Assembly (NCBI GenBank): GCA_049199595.1
Contig: JBMCYV010000004.1
Coordinates: 32,350-96,349 of the forward strand
Direction: 5' to 3'
Source: Candidatus Nitrosomirales archaeon
GTDB taxonomy: Archaea > Thermoproteota > Nitrososphaeria > Nitrososphaerales > UBA213
Length of the DNA: 64,000 nucleotides
Position numbers and translations under genes: made by a program. Of the stretch, positions 9,742 through 18,963 are shown in pieces; within the stretch, counting starts at the first letter, position 1; every line of letters starts with the position of its first letter. The notes under the pieces were generated by a model, which saw only the letters and a program-made list of their open reading frames with translations, made no database searches and was not told where the DNA came from.

Positions 9742-11184
9742 CTAGTAGCTGCTGGCAAAGTAAGCAGTATGTTTTCCCTGCCTCTTGCAATAAACACATT
9801 GCGAGACCCGATCTTCACTAAAAGGTATAACTCTGATGTCCGCTCCTGTTTCTTCCTTTATCTTTATCTCACATCCTAGCTCTCCACACCATGATGTCTT
9901 TACGAATCCACCCTTGTTACCGATTATTTTCTTAAGATCATCATAATTGTCAACATTGTACGTATTCTTGTCAAGCAATTCCTTTGCCTTGGTGTAAAGA
10001 TTATTCTGAATATTCTGCAATACTTCCTCAATTGTGTCTGATACTTCCATTTCGTCAACGCTAGACTTTTCTGCCGTATCGCGTCTTGCAACCATGACCT
10101 TCTTCTTTTCAATATCCTTCGGACCGATCTCGATTCTTAATGGCACTCCCTTCATCTCCCAATCATTGAACTTGTATCCAGGGGTATACTCTGCCCTATC
10201 ATCAACGTGTACCCTGATAGTGTCAGCGACAAGTAATTCCTTGATCTGTTTTGCCTTTGCAATAACGGCAGCATTGTCCTTGTCTGCATAAAGTATTGGT
10301 ATTATTACAACCTGTATGGGTGCTACCTTTGGCGGTAGAACTAGACCCTTGTCGTCTCCGTGTACCATTATTAGAGCACCTATCAAGCGCCAAGAGATTC
10401 CCCATGATGTCTGCCATGAATAATGTTCCTTATCGTCTTTGCCAAGATACTTTATTTCGAATGGTTTTGAAAAATTCTGACCTAGGTTATGCGATGTACC
10501 CATCTGCAAAGCCTTTCCATCTGCCATCAGTGCCTCTAAGGTAGTCGTATACACTGCTCCAACAAACTTCTCCCTATCAGTCTTGTAACCAACCAGAACA
10601 GGAATAGCAAGATGGTTTTCCATCAGTTCTCTGTATATCTCAAGTATAATCATCACTTCCTTCTTTGCTTCTTCCTCGCTGGCATGAACAGTGTGACCTT
10701 CCTGCCAGAGAAATTCTGATGTTCTTATCAAAGGTTTTGTTGCTTTTATCTCTGCTCTTAACGCGCTGTTCCAGAAGTTCAGTTTCAAAGGCAGATCCCT
10801 ATAGCTTCGTACCCATTTCGAAAATATTTCATATGCCAATGTTTCCGAGGTTGGCCTTAATGCCAGTTTTTCCGCAAGCTCATCATTGCCAGAATGTGTG
10901 ACCCAGAATACTTCGGGTTTGAAACCTTCAAAATGGTGTGCTTCCTTGCCTAACAGACTTTCTGGGATCAATACGGGCAAGAATGCGTTCTGGTGCCCAG
11001 TTTCCTTGAACTTCTTATCAGCAATATCTCTAATGGACTCCCAAATGGAATATCCATATGGTCGCAAAACGATGAAACCTTTGACAGGAGCATAATCGAC
11101 TAAACCAGCTTTTAACACAATCTGCGTGTACCATTCGCTAAAGTCTTCACTTTTCTTTACAGTGATTCCAATTTCCTTGCTCAA
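9742..11184 (-). CDS. proS: prolyl-tRNA synthetase (archaeal/eukaryal type)
   Basis: 480 aa, class II motifs, a C-terminal zinc-binding domain and a terminal ...ASSY, as in archaeal ProRS. Confidence 0.95.
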   Translation of the reverse strand: MSKEIGITVKKSEDFSEWYTQIVLKAGLVDYAPVKGFIVLRPYGYSIWESIRDIADKKFKETGHQNAFLPVLIPESLLGKEAHHFEGFKPEVFWVTHSGNDELAEKLALRPTSETLAYEIFSKWVRSYRDLPLKLNFWNSALRAEIKATKPLIRTSEFLWQEGHTVHASEEEAKKEVMIILEIYRELMENHLAIPVLVGYKTDREKFVGAVYTTTLEALMADGKALQMGTSHNLGQNFSKPFEIKYLGKDDKEHYSWQTSWGISWRLIGALIMVHGDDKGLVLPPKVAPIQVVIIPILYADKDNAAVIAKAKQIKELLVADTIRVHVDDRAEYTPGYKFNDWEMKGVPLRIEIGPKDIEKKKVMVARRDTAEKSSVDEMEVSDTIEEVLQNIQNNLYTKAKELLDKNTYNVDNYDDLKKIIGNKGGFVKTSWCGELGCEIKIKEETGADIRVIPFSEDRVSQCVYCKRQGKHTAYFASSY

Positions 11185-11199
11185 GCAACCTCACGTCAA

Positions 11200-11562
11200 C
11201 TAGAGGGGATCGCCCTTGCAATAAACCTGTCCCTTTACTCTGCTTATGAAATTTTTACATACGTAGCATTGCACAAAACCTATCTCCTGCTTTAGAACTG
11301 GACAGTCTACATATTCGGTCTTCATGCGTTTGAGCATCTTCGGACTAACGCCTTTGAGTTTCAACTTGCCCTTTTCATCCATCATGCCAACTGACTTTAG
11401 CTCTTCTTTTGCTTGATCGGTTAATTTGAGGCTCTTCTCTCCAACCTTTATATCCACAATATACTTGTGCAGTGTCTCGCCTTCGCTCATGCAGTACTTA
11501 TCAAAAGTGTAGGATATAAGGATAAGGAGCAAGGCAATAAACAACCTTGCAAACAAAATCAA
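11200..11562 (-). CDS. membrane-anchored cysteine-containing hypothetical protein
   Basis: 120 aa, N-terminal TM helix, C-terminal CPVL...CYVCKNF...C pattern. Confidence 0.5.
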   Translation of the reverse strand: MILFARLFIALLLILISYTFDKYCMSEGETLHKYIVDIKVGEKSLKLTDQAKEELKSVGMMDEKGKLKLKGVSPKMLKRMKTEYVDCPVLKQEIGFVQCYVCKNFISRVKGQVYCKGDPL

Positions 11563-11592
11563 GTTTACTGCGATGGTAGAAACCTAAGCTAT

Positions 11593-11875
11593 GGTTCTGT
11601 TGAATCTTCAGGTGTTGTATTTGGTTGTTGATTTTGGCTGGAGCGAGAGCCATTCAGTAAGGTCTAGAACAGGTTTTCCCTAATGCGCCAAAAAACGCAC
11701 GCGTGTAAAAGCTACTAGGGGGGGTTCTATATAAGGCTAGGAATTTTAGCCTCCGCTGATTCTTGGGGAATGTACTTTCGGGGTACGATGGGGAATGTTG
11801 GTAATCTATAAAACCAAAATCAGTGCCGACCCATTTTCAACAACATTTTACAACACCCGACGAATCAACAGAACC
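11593..11875. mobile_element. MITE-like non-autonomous foldback element (283 bp)
   Basis: 27-nt terminal inverted repeats, 11593-11619 GGTTCTGTTGAATCTTCAGGTGTTGTA versus reverse complement of 11849-11875 (24/27 match). Complementarity extends about 20 nt further inward. Flanked by TAAGCTAT (11585-11592) and TAAGTTAT (11876-11883). No ORF inside. Confidence 0.5.
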
Positions 11876-11879
11876 TAAG

Positions 11880-12902
11880 TTATTGAGGCATGAAAAACTG
11901 AATTGTTATGCCTATTATATAAAGCGCAAGCAAAAGAATGCCACTTCGCAGATCGAGTTTGTTTCTCAGCATTGGTACCATCGCTATTATCGTGATTGTT
12001 GTGACCAGAATCATCTGATACCACAGAATTGGTGTTACTTGTATATCTGCAAAGAAACCATGATAAGCCATCGCACCAAACACGGCAACTGCAAGCAGAA
12101 GCGTATTATTCAATATCTTTGAACCCAATACATTTGCAACAGCGATGGAAACTCCAGCTGCACCCTTTCTGGCTAGTATCATCAGGGAGATCTTCTCTGG
12201 CATCTCTCCAGCAATTGGACTTATTATGACAGCTAAAATCACTACTGAAATACCCGTATCGATAGCGTATCCTTCTAATGCGTGAATGAATGGTCCCGCT
12301 CCAAGAAATATACCTGCTGTACCTATTGCAAAGACTATGATCGCCTTTCCAAACTCTTTCCTTGTTTCATGATAAACTTGATTTTCCACTGAGCTATTGT
12401 TCTGTTCTGCCTTCATCTTTGCACGTATCTCTGCACGTTCATGCTGCATCTCTCTATATGCGAAATACAGGTAGGCAGCGAACATCCCGCTGAATATTAT
12501 ACCGTCTATAAAATTGAAGCCGTCTATGAACAATACCAAACTTACAATTGCGGATATTATCAGCAGGTACTTGTCAAGTTTGAACTGCCTTACATCGATC
12601 TCTTTTGCTGGGTGTCTGGAAAGCTTAGTTGTTGCTATCAGTAGCATGATCGATAGACCTAACGTCATCATCAACAAATTACTGCCAAGAGCGGAACCTA
12701 TTGCTGTACCGTAGAAACCCCCCGCAGCTGCATAAACAACGATGGCGATCTCTGGCAGTGTAGTTGCAACACTTAGCAGGGTTCTGCCAACAAATCTTGT
12801 ACCGAATGACCTAGCAAGATGTTCAGCGCCATATGAAAGAAGGTAGCTTGCACCAGTTAGTTCCAAAATCCAGAGTATCATCATGGAAAAATTATCGATC
12901 AA
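11880..12902 (-). CDS. Ca2+/Na+ antiporter (CaCA family, YrbG-like)
   Basis: 340 aa with two homologous halves of about 5 TM each. Alpha-repeat-like GSALGSNLL and GSKILNNTL motifs. Confidence 0.8.
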   Translation of the reverse strand: MIDNFSMMILWILELTGASYLLSYGAEHLARSFGTRFVGRTLLSVATTLPEIAIVVYAAAGGFYGTAIGSALGSNLLMMTLGLSIMLLIATTKLSRHPAKEIDVRQFKLDKYLLIISAIVSLVLFIDGFNFIDGIIFSGMFAAYLYFAYREMQHERAEIRAKMKAEQNNSSVENQVYHETRKEFGKAIIVFAIGTAGIFLGAGPFIHALEGYAIDTGISVVILAVIISPIAGEMPEKISLMILARKGAAGVSIAVANVLGSKILNNTLLLAVAVFGAMAYHGFFADIQVTPILWYQMILVTTITIIAMVPMLRNKLDLRSGILLLALYIIGITIQFFMPQ

Positions 12903-12969
12903 ATGACCTCAGCATCACTAACTGGAGGTGTTTTATATATCATGGATTTATGGTTTGCATATCAACACG

Positions 12970-13389
12970 TTATCTCGTATTTTGGGCGTCCCAGCACTTC
13001 CTGCACAACTGACCATCAATATTCCATTTGTTCTTTGGATTGTATCGAAAGCGTCCGAGCTTCTTTCCGCATATAGCACAGTACTCGAATTTTTTCTGTA
13101 CCTCTTTTTGCTTGCCTTCAAGACATTCCTTGCAAACCTTTCCTTTTAGATTTAGACCCTTATGTGGCTCGTAAAGATCTTCTGGATCTACTGTTCTGCC
13201 GCAGAAATCACATTTTTCAGTTTTCTTCTTTGGAATCTTTCCCTCTGCATAATATTCACGCATCTTGTCTAGGTGACAGTCGCCACAAAGGAAACCATCA
13301 ATACCCCATTCCTCCTTCGGTCTGTGCTTGTGATCCAACTCTTTGTTGCAGACAGCACAGCGCTCACGTTCCTTTTTGCGAAATAGCAA
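12970..13389 (-). CDS. triple zinc-ribbon protein (hypothetical)
   Basis: 139 aa with three CxxC...CxxC modules. The first and third share the pattern CxxCxKxL...W.IDGxLCxxC. Confidence 0.6.
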   Translation of the reverse strand: MLFRKKERERCAVCNKELDHKHRPKEEWGIDGFLCGDCHLDKMREYYAEGKIPKKKTEKCDFCGRTVDPEDLYEPHKGLNLKGKVCKECLEGKQKEVQKKFEYCAICGKKLGRFRYNPKNKWNIDGQLCRKCWDAQNTR

Positions 13390-13476
13390 TGGTGATCAAT
13401 GATTGTAAAGGATAAAAAATCTAACTGAAAGTACATTAAACTTAATATAATGTATAGATTTTCTCATCGCTGTAGG

Positions 13477-14124
13477 ATGCTAGTTATATTCGATGTTGAA
13501 GGCGTTCTGCTTGATGCGGAATACCTTCCACTTCTTGCGAAATTGGTTGGTAAGGAAGACGAGATAATGGATATTACTGTAAAGGGAATAAAGGGCGAGA
13601 TCCCTTGGGAAGAGGGTCTGCTCAAGAGAGTGGATGCCTTGCGTGGCATAGATTATGAAAAAGCGCTTGATACAGCGCTGAAGATGCCTATGATGAACGG
13701 TGCGAAGGAGGCATGTAAGCAACTCAAGAAATCTGGCTGGAGATTGCTTGCCGTGTCGGGAGGTTTTACAATAATTACCGATAGACTCAAGGATGAACTG
13801 GCACTGGATTACATAGCGTCAAATGAATTGATCTTCAAGAATGGAAAGTTAAACGGTGTCGATATCGTGGTTAATTCTGACAAGGCAAACGCAGTCGCAA
13901 AGACAATTAAACAATGGAACGAAAAGAAAGAGGACATAGTTGTAGTAGTAGACGGTGCGAACGATCTAAAATTATTCAACATAGCTGGATTGAAGGTTGC
14001 TTTCAATGCTCAAGATCTGGTAAAAGAAAGGGCTGATGTTGTAATAGATGAAAAGGATCTTCGACTGCTCATTGGTGTGATTGAAAAACATTATGGCACA
14101 ATCTCTGCCAAATCACCCAGCTAG
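13477..14124 (+). CDS. HAD-IB hydrolase, phosphoserine-phosphatase-like
   Basis: MLVIFDVEGVL (motif I with E in place of the second D), SGG, DGANDL motif IV. Start moved to the internal Met at 13477. Confidence 0.7.
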   Translation: MLVIFDVEGVLLDAEYLPLLAKLVGKEDEIMDITVKGIKGEIPWEEGLLKRVDALRGIDYEKALDTALKMPMMNGAKEACKQLKKSGWRLLAVSGGFTIITDRLKDELALDYIASNELIFKNGKLNGVDIVVNSDKANAVAKTIKQWNEKKEDIVVVVDGANDLKLFNIAGLKVAFNAQDLVKERADVVIDEKDLRLLIGVIEKHYGTISAKSPS

Positions 14125-14181
14125 ATCGCATGCCTACTAAGCTCATGGTATTTTAACATGTTACTTGCCACATAAAACAAC

Positions 14182-14922
14182 ATGAAGATAATCCCGATTC
14201 ATCTGAAGGAAGATGTTCTCATCAACAGTAACGTTGCCAATCTTATCCTTTCTTCAATCAGGAGAGCTAAATATCGTTTGAAAAATAACGATGTATTGGT
14301 TGTAGCTCACAAGATAGTCTCGAAAGCAGAGGGAAGGGTAATAAATCTTGTAAATGTAAAACCATCAAAGCGCGCAATCAATATTGCGAAGAAATATCAT
14401 AAAGATCCCAGAATTGTTGAACTGATCCTGCGTGAATCCAGAAGGATAGTAAAGATGAAAAGAGGAATAATTGTAACTGAAACCAAACACGGTTTTGTGT
14501 GCGCAAATGCGGGTGTTGATAAATCCAATGTACGTGGTGATCGTGCTGTTCTTTTACCCAAGAATCCAGATAACTCTGCGAATAAGATCAGACGAGATAT
14601 CAAAAGACAAACTGCAAAACATACTGCGGTTATAATAAGCGATACGTTTGGAAGACCTTTCAGGCTGGGTCAGGTTAATGTAGCCATTGGCGTTTCTGGT
14701 TTAAACCCATTCAAAGATTATCGTGGCAGTAATGATATGTTTGGAAAACAGCTAAAAGTTACAGAAATTGCAGTTGCTGACGAAATGGCAAGTGCAGCTG
14801 AACTTGTAATGGGTAAGACAGATCGCGTACCTGTAGCAGTCATTACTGATTTCAAATACGAGAATAAGCAAGGCACTGCTAAAGAGATGATAAGGAAACG
14901 GAAGTATGATCTTTTTCGATAA
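14182..14922 (+). CDS. cofE: CofE-like F420-0:gamma-glutamyl ligase family protein (copy 1)
   Basis: NDVLVVAHKIVSKAEGR, ANAGVDKSNV, SDTFGRPFRLGQVNVAIGVSG, DYRG..D.FG..L. Confidence 0.75.
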   Translation: MKIIPIHLKEDVLINSNVANLILSSIRRAKYRLKNNDVLVVAHKIVSKAEGRVINLVNVKPSKRAINIAKKYHKDPRIVELILRESRRIVKMKRGIIVTETKHGFVCANAGVDKSNVRGDRAVLLPKNPDNSANKIRRDIKRQTAKHTAVIISDTFGRPFRLGQVNVAIGVSGLNPFKDYRGSNDMFGKQLKVTEIAVADEMASAAELVMGKTDRVPVAVITDFKYENKQGTAKEMIRKRKYDLFR

Positions 14923-14969
14923 CATTTTAATATAATATACACGTCATAACCCAGTCGGAGGAATATTAT

Positions 14970-15212
14970 TTGAGCGAAACTGCAGCACCTAACAAGACAA
15001 TTGACGTAAGGGGTCTGTTCTGCCCTGAACCGGTCTTCAGAACGAAGATCGAAATAGAAAGACTGGGGATTGGTAACGTATTGAAGATCATAGCTGATGA
15101 TCCAGAGTCTGAAGAAGATATTTCAAGATGGGTCAAGCGCAATGGACATGAATTGGTCAACATTGCCAAAGAAGGCAAGGATCTTGTATTCCTGATCAAG
15201 AAGGTGAAATAA
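14970..15212 (+). CDS. tusA: TusA/SirA-like sulfur carrier protein
   Basis: 80 aa. IDVRGLFCPEPV (CPxP active-site motif). TTG start. Confidence 0.8.
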   Translation: MSETAAPNKTIDVRGLFCPEPVFRTKIEIERLGIGNVLKIIADDPESEEDISRWVKRNGHELVNIAKEGKDLVFLIKKVK

Positions 15213-15218
15213 GTAGAG

Positions 15219-16229
15219 ATGGCAACCAAGACACTTTCTACGAAGTTATTGGAGAGAATCGGCAACACCCCACTAATAGAATTGAAGACATATTCTAATA
15301 GGGTAAGGATATTTGCCAAACTGGAATGGAACAATCCCTTCGGCTCCGTAAAGGACAGAGCTGCCTACTGGATGGTAAAGGATGCTGAAAAGAGAGGTGT
15401 TTTGAAGAAGGGTAAGAGCATAATCATAGAGCCGACTTCTGGAAATACTGGCATTGCGTTGACAGGTATTGCTAAGCTCATGGGTTACAGTGTAGAGATT
15501 GTGATTCCAGAAAAGGTAAGCAGTGAAACCAAGATGATTCTTGCAAATCTAGGTGCAAAGCTTCACGAAACTAGTGATGATCTATGCCCGAGAGTTGGAC
15601 CTGGCACAGATCAAAGCATATCGCTTGCAAGTGCTATGGCTCGCGGAAAACCTGATGTATATTACATGCCAAACCAGTATGAAAACGAAGCTAACTTTAT
15701 GGCGCATTACGAAGGCACTGGCCCAGAAATATGGAAGCAAACCGATGGCAAGGTAACACACTTCATGACAGGTGGAGGAACTGGTGGAACTGTAACAGGG
15801 ATATCGACATTTCTTAAGGAGAAGAACCCTAAGGTGAAGACGATTGTAGTTCAGCCACAAAAGCAGCATCTTATCCAGGGTTTGAGGAACTTTGAAGAGT
15901 CAGATATGCCACCATTGTTCAAGAAGAGGAAGGAAACAGTGGACGAATGGTATACTATAACGAACGAAGAATCTTTCAAGGCCTCAAAGGAGCTCTTTGA
16001 GAAAGAAAAACTATTGGTAGGGCCGTCATCTGGATGTGTTATGGCAGCAGCAAAGAAAGTACAGAGCAAGTTGAATGAAGGTTTGATTGTAGTTATGTTT
16101 GCTGATGATGGAAGGAAGTTCCGAAGTCTCTATACGAATCAGGAAGTATTCAGTGATAGCGAGTTTGATAAAGCGTTGCGAGAAGCACGGATGTTGACAG
16201 AATTACCTTTCGGTTCTATAAGCAAGTAA
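15219..16229 (+). CDS. cysK: cysteine synthase / PLP-dependent beta-replacement enzyme (CysK/CysM family)
   Basis: GSVKDR PLP-lysine motif, SGNTG, GGGTGGT glycine loop. Confidence 0.88.
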   Translation: MATKTLSTKLLERIGNTPLIELKTYSNRVRIFAKLEWNNPFGSVKDRAAYWMVKDAEKRGVLKKGKSIIIEPTSGNTGIALTGIAKLMGYSVEIVIPEKVSSETKMILANLGAKLHETSDDLCPRVGPGTDQSISLASAMARGKPDVYYMPNQYENEANFMAHYEGTGPEIWKQTDGKVTHFMTGGGTGGTVTGISTFLKEKNPKVKTIVVQPQKQHLIQGLRNFEESDMPPLFKKRKETVDEWYTITNEESFKASKELFEKEKLLVGPSSGCVMAAAKKVQSKLNEGLIVVMFADDGRKFRSLYTNQEVFSDSEFDKALREARMLTELPFGSISK

Positions 16230-16231
16230 AA

Positions 16232-17206
16232 TTATTTGTGGAGTGTTTCTTGCAGATACTTTTCAACATCTAGCGCAGCCATACATCCAAAACCCGCCGC
16301 TGTTACTGCCTGTCTATACCTATGGTCATGAACATCACCAGCTGCAAAAACACCTTCCACGTTAGTAAGTGTATGATTCTTTATAGCTAGGTAGCCTTGT
16401 TTGTCCATCTCAAGTTGCCCCTTGAACACTTGTGTGTTTGGATCATGGCCTATAGCTATGAAGATGCCTCCAACTTCTGCCTTCTTCTTTTCATTAGTGC
16501 TAAGATCGTGAAGCATGACGGAGTGCACCTTCTTATCGCCATATATATCGGCAACAGCAGTATTCCAGAGAAACTTTAGTTTTGGGTTCGTAAAAGCCCT
16601 CTCCTGCAGTATCCTGCTTGCTCTCAACTTGTCTCTTCTATGCACCAGTTGCACGCTCTTGGCAAACTTGGTGAGAAACGTAGCTTCCTCAACCGCGCTG
16701 TCACCGCCTCCAACTACAAGCAAATCATCTCCCTTGAAGAAAGGACCATCACATGTAGCGCAGTAAGATACGCCTCTACCTCCAAACGTTTCTTCTCCCT
16801 TTAAACCTAATTTTCTGGGAGACGCACCCGTTGCAGCGATTACAGCATCGGCCTCAAACTCCTTATCTGTTGTCATTACTCTGAATGGTTTACGTTTAAA
16901 ATCAACTTGCGTGGCGATATCATCCATCACAACTGCCTCGAACCTCTCAGCCTGCTGCCGCATGTTCATCATCAACTCCGGTCCAAATATACCATTTGGA
17001 AAACCCGGAAAGTTTTCGACATCGCTTGTAGTCATCAACTGCCCTCCTGGCAAGTTACCAGATATTACGAGTGTCTGCAACTTGGCTCTAGCAGTATAAA
17101 TGGCAGCTGTTAAACCCGCTGGACCTGAACCCAGTATAATCACATCATACTTCTTTCTCTTCTCAGGCTCAGCTTTTTCATCAGCTTTAACGTCAGTAGC
17201 CATCAT
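16232..17206 (-). CDS. trxB: thioredoxin reductase
   Basis: GSGPAG FAD motif, redox-active CATCDG, GGGDSA NADPH motif. Confidence 0.92.
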   Translation of the reverse strand: MMATDVKADEKAEPEKRKKYDVIILGSGPAGLTAAIYTARAKLQTLVISGNLPGGQLMTTSDVENFPGFPNGIFGPELMMNMRQQAERFEAVVMDDIATQVDFKRKPFRVMTTDKEFEADAVIAATGASPRKLGLKGEETFGGRGVSYCATCDGPFFKGDDLLVVGGGDSAVEEATFLTKFAKSVQLVHRRDKLRASRILQERAFTNPKLKFLWNTAVADIYGDKKVHSVMLHDLSTNEKKKAEVGGIFIAIGHDPNTQVFKGQLEMDKQGYLAIKNHTLTNVEGVFAAGDVHDHRYRQAVTAAGFGCMAALDVEKYLQETLHK

Positions 17207-17232
17207 ATCGCTAGACTGTTATAAAACGATAT

Positions 17233-18033
17233 TTAAATTAACGTTTTGAATTCGTTTAGTATCTTTAGATGATCTTGACATAAATTACCGTTATTTATCT
17301 GCGACTCAATCAACTCCTCCTGCCAATGTGCGTTAAGTAACCTGCAGTGTTTGTTAGTGCAAAACGGATCTCCGGTAATGTAGTAAAAAAGTCCCTGCAT
17401 CACATATCCCTTTACGATCTCGGCAAGTCTTGCGTCATCGTAATCAATGAACCTACCCTCGAACTTTTTCTTTATATCATCAAGATTCGTATTTCCGATT
17501 GATGCATAGTACTGCTGCAATAAGTAGAAATCCCTAGGTTTGGCAGGCGCTTCAACTATACCGCTTGTGCAAATTATCGTTGGATAGCCGCATATTATTG
17601 CTCTGTAATGATACCTTGAATCATCTTCACTGTACGTGCATACTAACCTGTTCGTGAATGCTATGTGGATATGTTCAAGGTTATTTTCTTCGCTAGGAAT
17701 AAGCTCATTGAATATTGGTTGCAATTCGAAACCGTCATAAAGTATGCCTAGATACCGCTTTGATGGATTTGCAAGAACCTTCTTCTCAAACTCTATCTCA
17801 ATTAGCGTTGGGTCATGTGTTGCAAATGGCTTGCGAGGATCGAAGACTTTGGTCTTAACTATCTTGTCAGCGATATAATCGCCCTTGTCCTTGGGCAAAA
17901 AATGCGTAAAAAATTCATCTCTGACATCTATATCGCATTGCAACACATCTTTAACGTAAGCCGCAACCTCATCAATATTCAGCGTAGATGAAGATGGTTC
18001 TGAATAAATATGCACGTGTTTGAATTTTATCAC
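17233..18033 (-). CDS. conserved hypothetical protein with archaemetzincin-like C-terminal Cys motif
   Basis: 266 aa. C-terminal CTNKHCRL-x19-CQDH resembles the CX4CXMX17CXXC zinc site of archaemetzincins. No HExxH motif is present. Confidence 0.55.
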   Translation of the reverse strand: MIKFKHVHIYSEPSSSTLNIDEVAAYVKDVLQCDIDVRDEFFTHFLPKDKGDYIADKIVKTKVFDPRKPFATHDPTLIEIEFEKKVLANPSKRYLGILYDGFELQPIFNELIPSEENNLEHIHIAFTNRLVCTYSEDDSRYHYRAIICGYPTIICTSGIVEAPAKPRDFYLLQQYYASIGNTNLDDIKKKFEGRFIDYDDARLAEIVKGYVMQGLFYYITGDPFCTNKHCRLLNAHWQEELIESQINNGNLCQDHLKILNEFKTLI

Positions 18034-18116
18034 TAACAGTTAGACTACGAAAAATTATGTAAATATTTCTATTCATAAGCTGGTATTAGAATACCTCCAG
18101 ATTCTTGAGATAAGAC

Positions 18117-18308
18117 CTAAAATCCTTTCAATTCTTCATTCTGTACCAATTGATCCGTTAGCTCCTCGAAGTAGAATTTGTTCCAATGCATAGCACAGAC
18201 GAGAAAATAGGAGTCAGTCTCAGTATCGTAAACTGAGAAGAGAAAGTCTCGCTTTTCACCACAGAATTTACATACCATCTCTTTGCTCCTTCGCTCCCCG
18301 AAACCCAC
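18117..18308 (-). CDS. small hypothetical protein
   Basis: 63-aa ORF with CKFCGE plus a later C..H. No overlap with a stronger ORF. Confidence 0.4.
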   Translation of the reverse strand: MGFGERRSKEMVCKFCGEKRDFLFSVYDTETDSYFLVCAMHWNKFYFEELTDQLVQNEELKGF

Positions 18309-18481
18309 AGTTCTTCTGTAATACCAGATATATAATAAGAGATATGGAATATCTCGCGATTAGTTATAGAATTTGGGCTTCAATTTTCTATGTGTGATTC
18401 CCGCGATGAGATTCAGTGATAGTACCACGTGTTACTGACATAATCTTATGACCACTGTATCCAAATTGTAACTGGAAGTAA

Positions 18482-18724
18482 TTGCAGAGCGAAGAAAGCG
18501 ATGTGATCAATGAATTACTTACGTTAGGAGTTCTCACACATAAGGATGGTCAGTTAATGCTTTCTGATAACTTCTTTCTAGTATTGCTTGCAGAAGGTTT
18601 CGTAGCCAATGAAAATCCACGGGAAAAACTAATACGTACCATATATCGTTTTGTACCGACTGCGGAAAAGGAACGAGTTCTAACTTATGTGGCTATGATC
18701 GAAGGATACTTGCTGCAGAATTGA
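18482..18724 (+). CDS. hypothetical protein
   Basis: 80-aa ORF in an otherwise empty interval. TTG start, no recognisable motif. Confidence 0.35.
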   Translation: MQSEESDVINELLTLGVLTHKDGQLMLSDNFFLVLLAEGFVANENPREKLIRTIYRFVPTAEKERVLTYVAMIEGYLLQN

Positions 18725-18734
18725 ATAATATAAC

Positions 18735-18881
18735 TTATCTCACAACAGTAATAGCCAAGATAGCTATGATAATAGGAATTACTCCAATTCCTATGACCCA
18801 GTTCGGATTTAGATCAGGCAATGTCATGCCATAGCCTATGATTGCCAGACCTACTAGAATAAGCGTTACGAAACCAGGCAT
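18735..18881 (-). CDS. small membrane protein (48 aa)
   Basis: Hand-translated: MPGFVTLILVGLAIIGYGMTLPDLNPNWVIGIGVIPIIIAILAITVVR. Two hydrophobic helices. Confidence 0.35.
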   Translation of the reverse strand: MPGFVTLILVGLAIIGYGMTLPDLNPNWVIGIGVIPIIIAILAITVVR

Positions 18882-18963
18882 TCTTGATAATAAGTGCATT
18901 AACTATATTCTCTATTTTGAGTATATAACCTGAAATGCGCCTGCATAGTTTCCAATGCACTCC

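Noticed and set aside
11563-11879. SRP RNA or RNase P RNA, suggested by a long terminal stem and an ACAGAACC string near the 3' end.
   Set aside because: No helix-8 GGAA/AGCA motif and no P4 GGAAAGUCC-type core on either strand. The interior is AT-rich, and the target-site-like 8-mers flanking the inverted repeats fit a MITE better. It is left open as an alternative in the finding.
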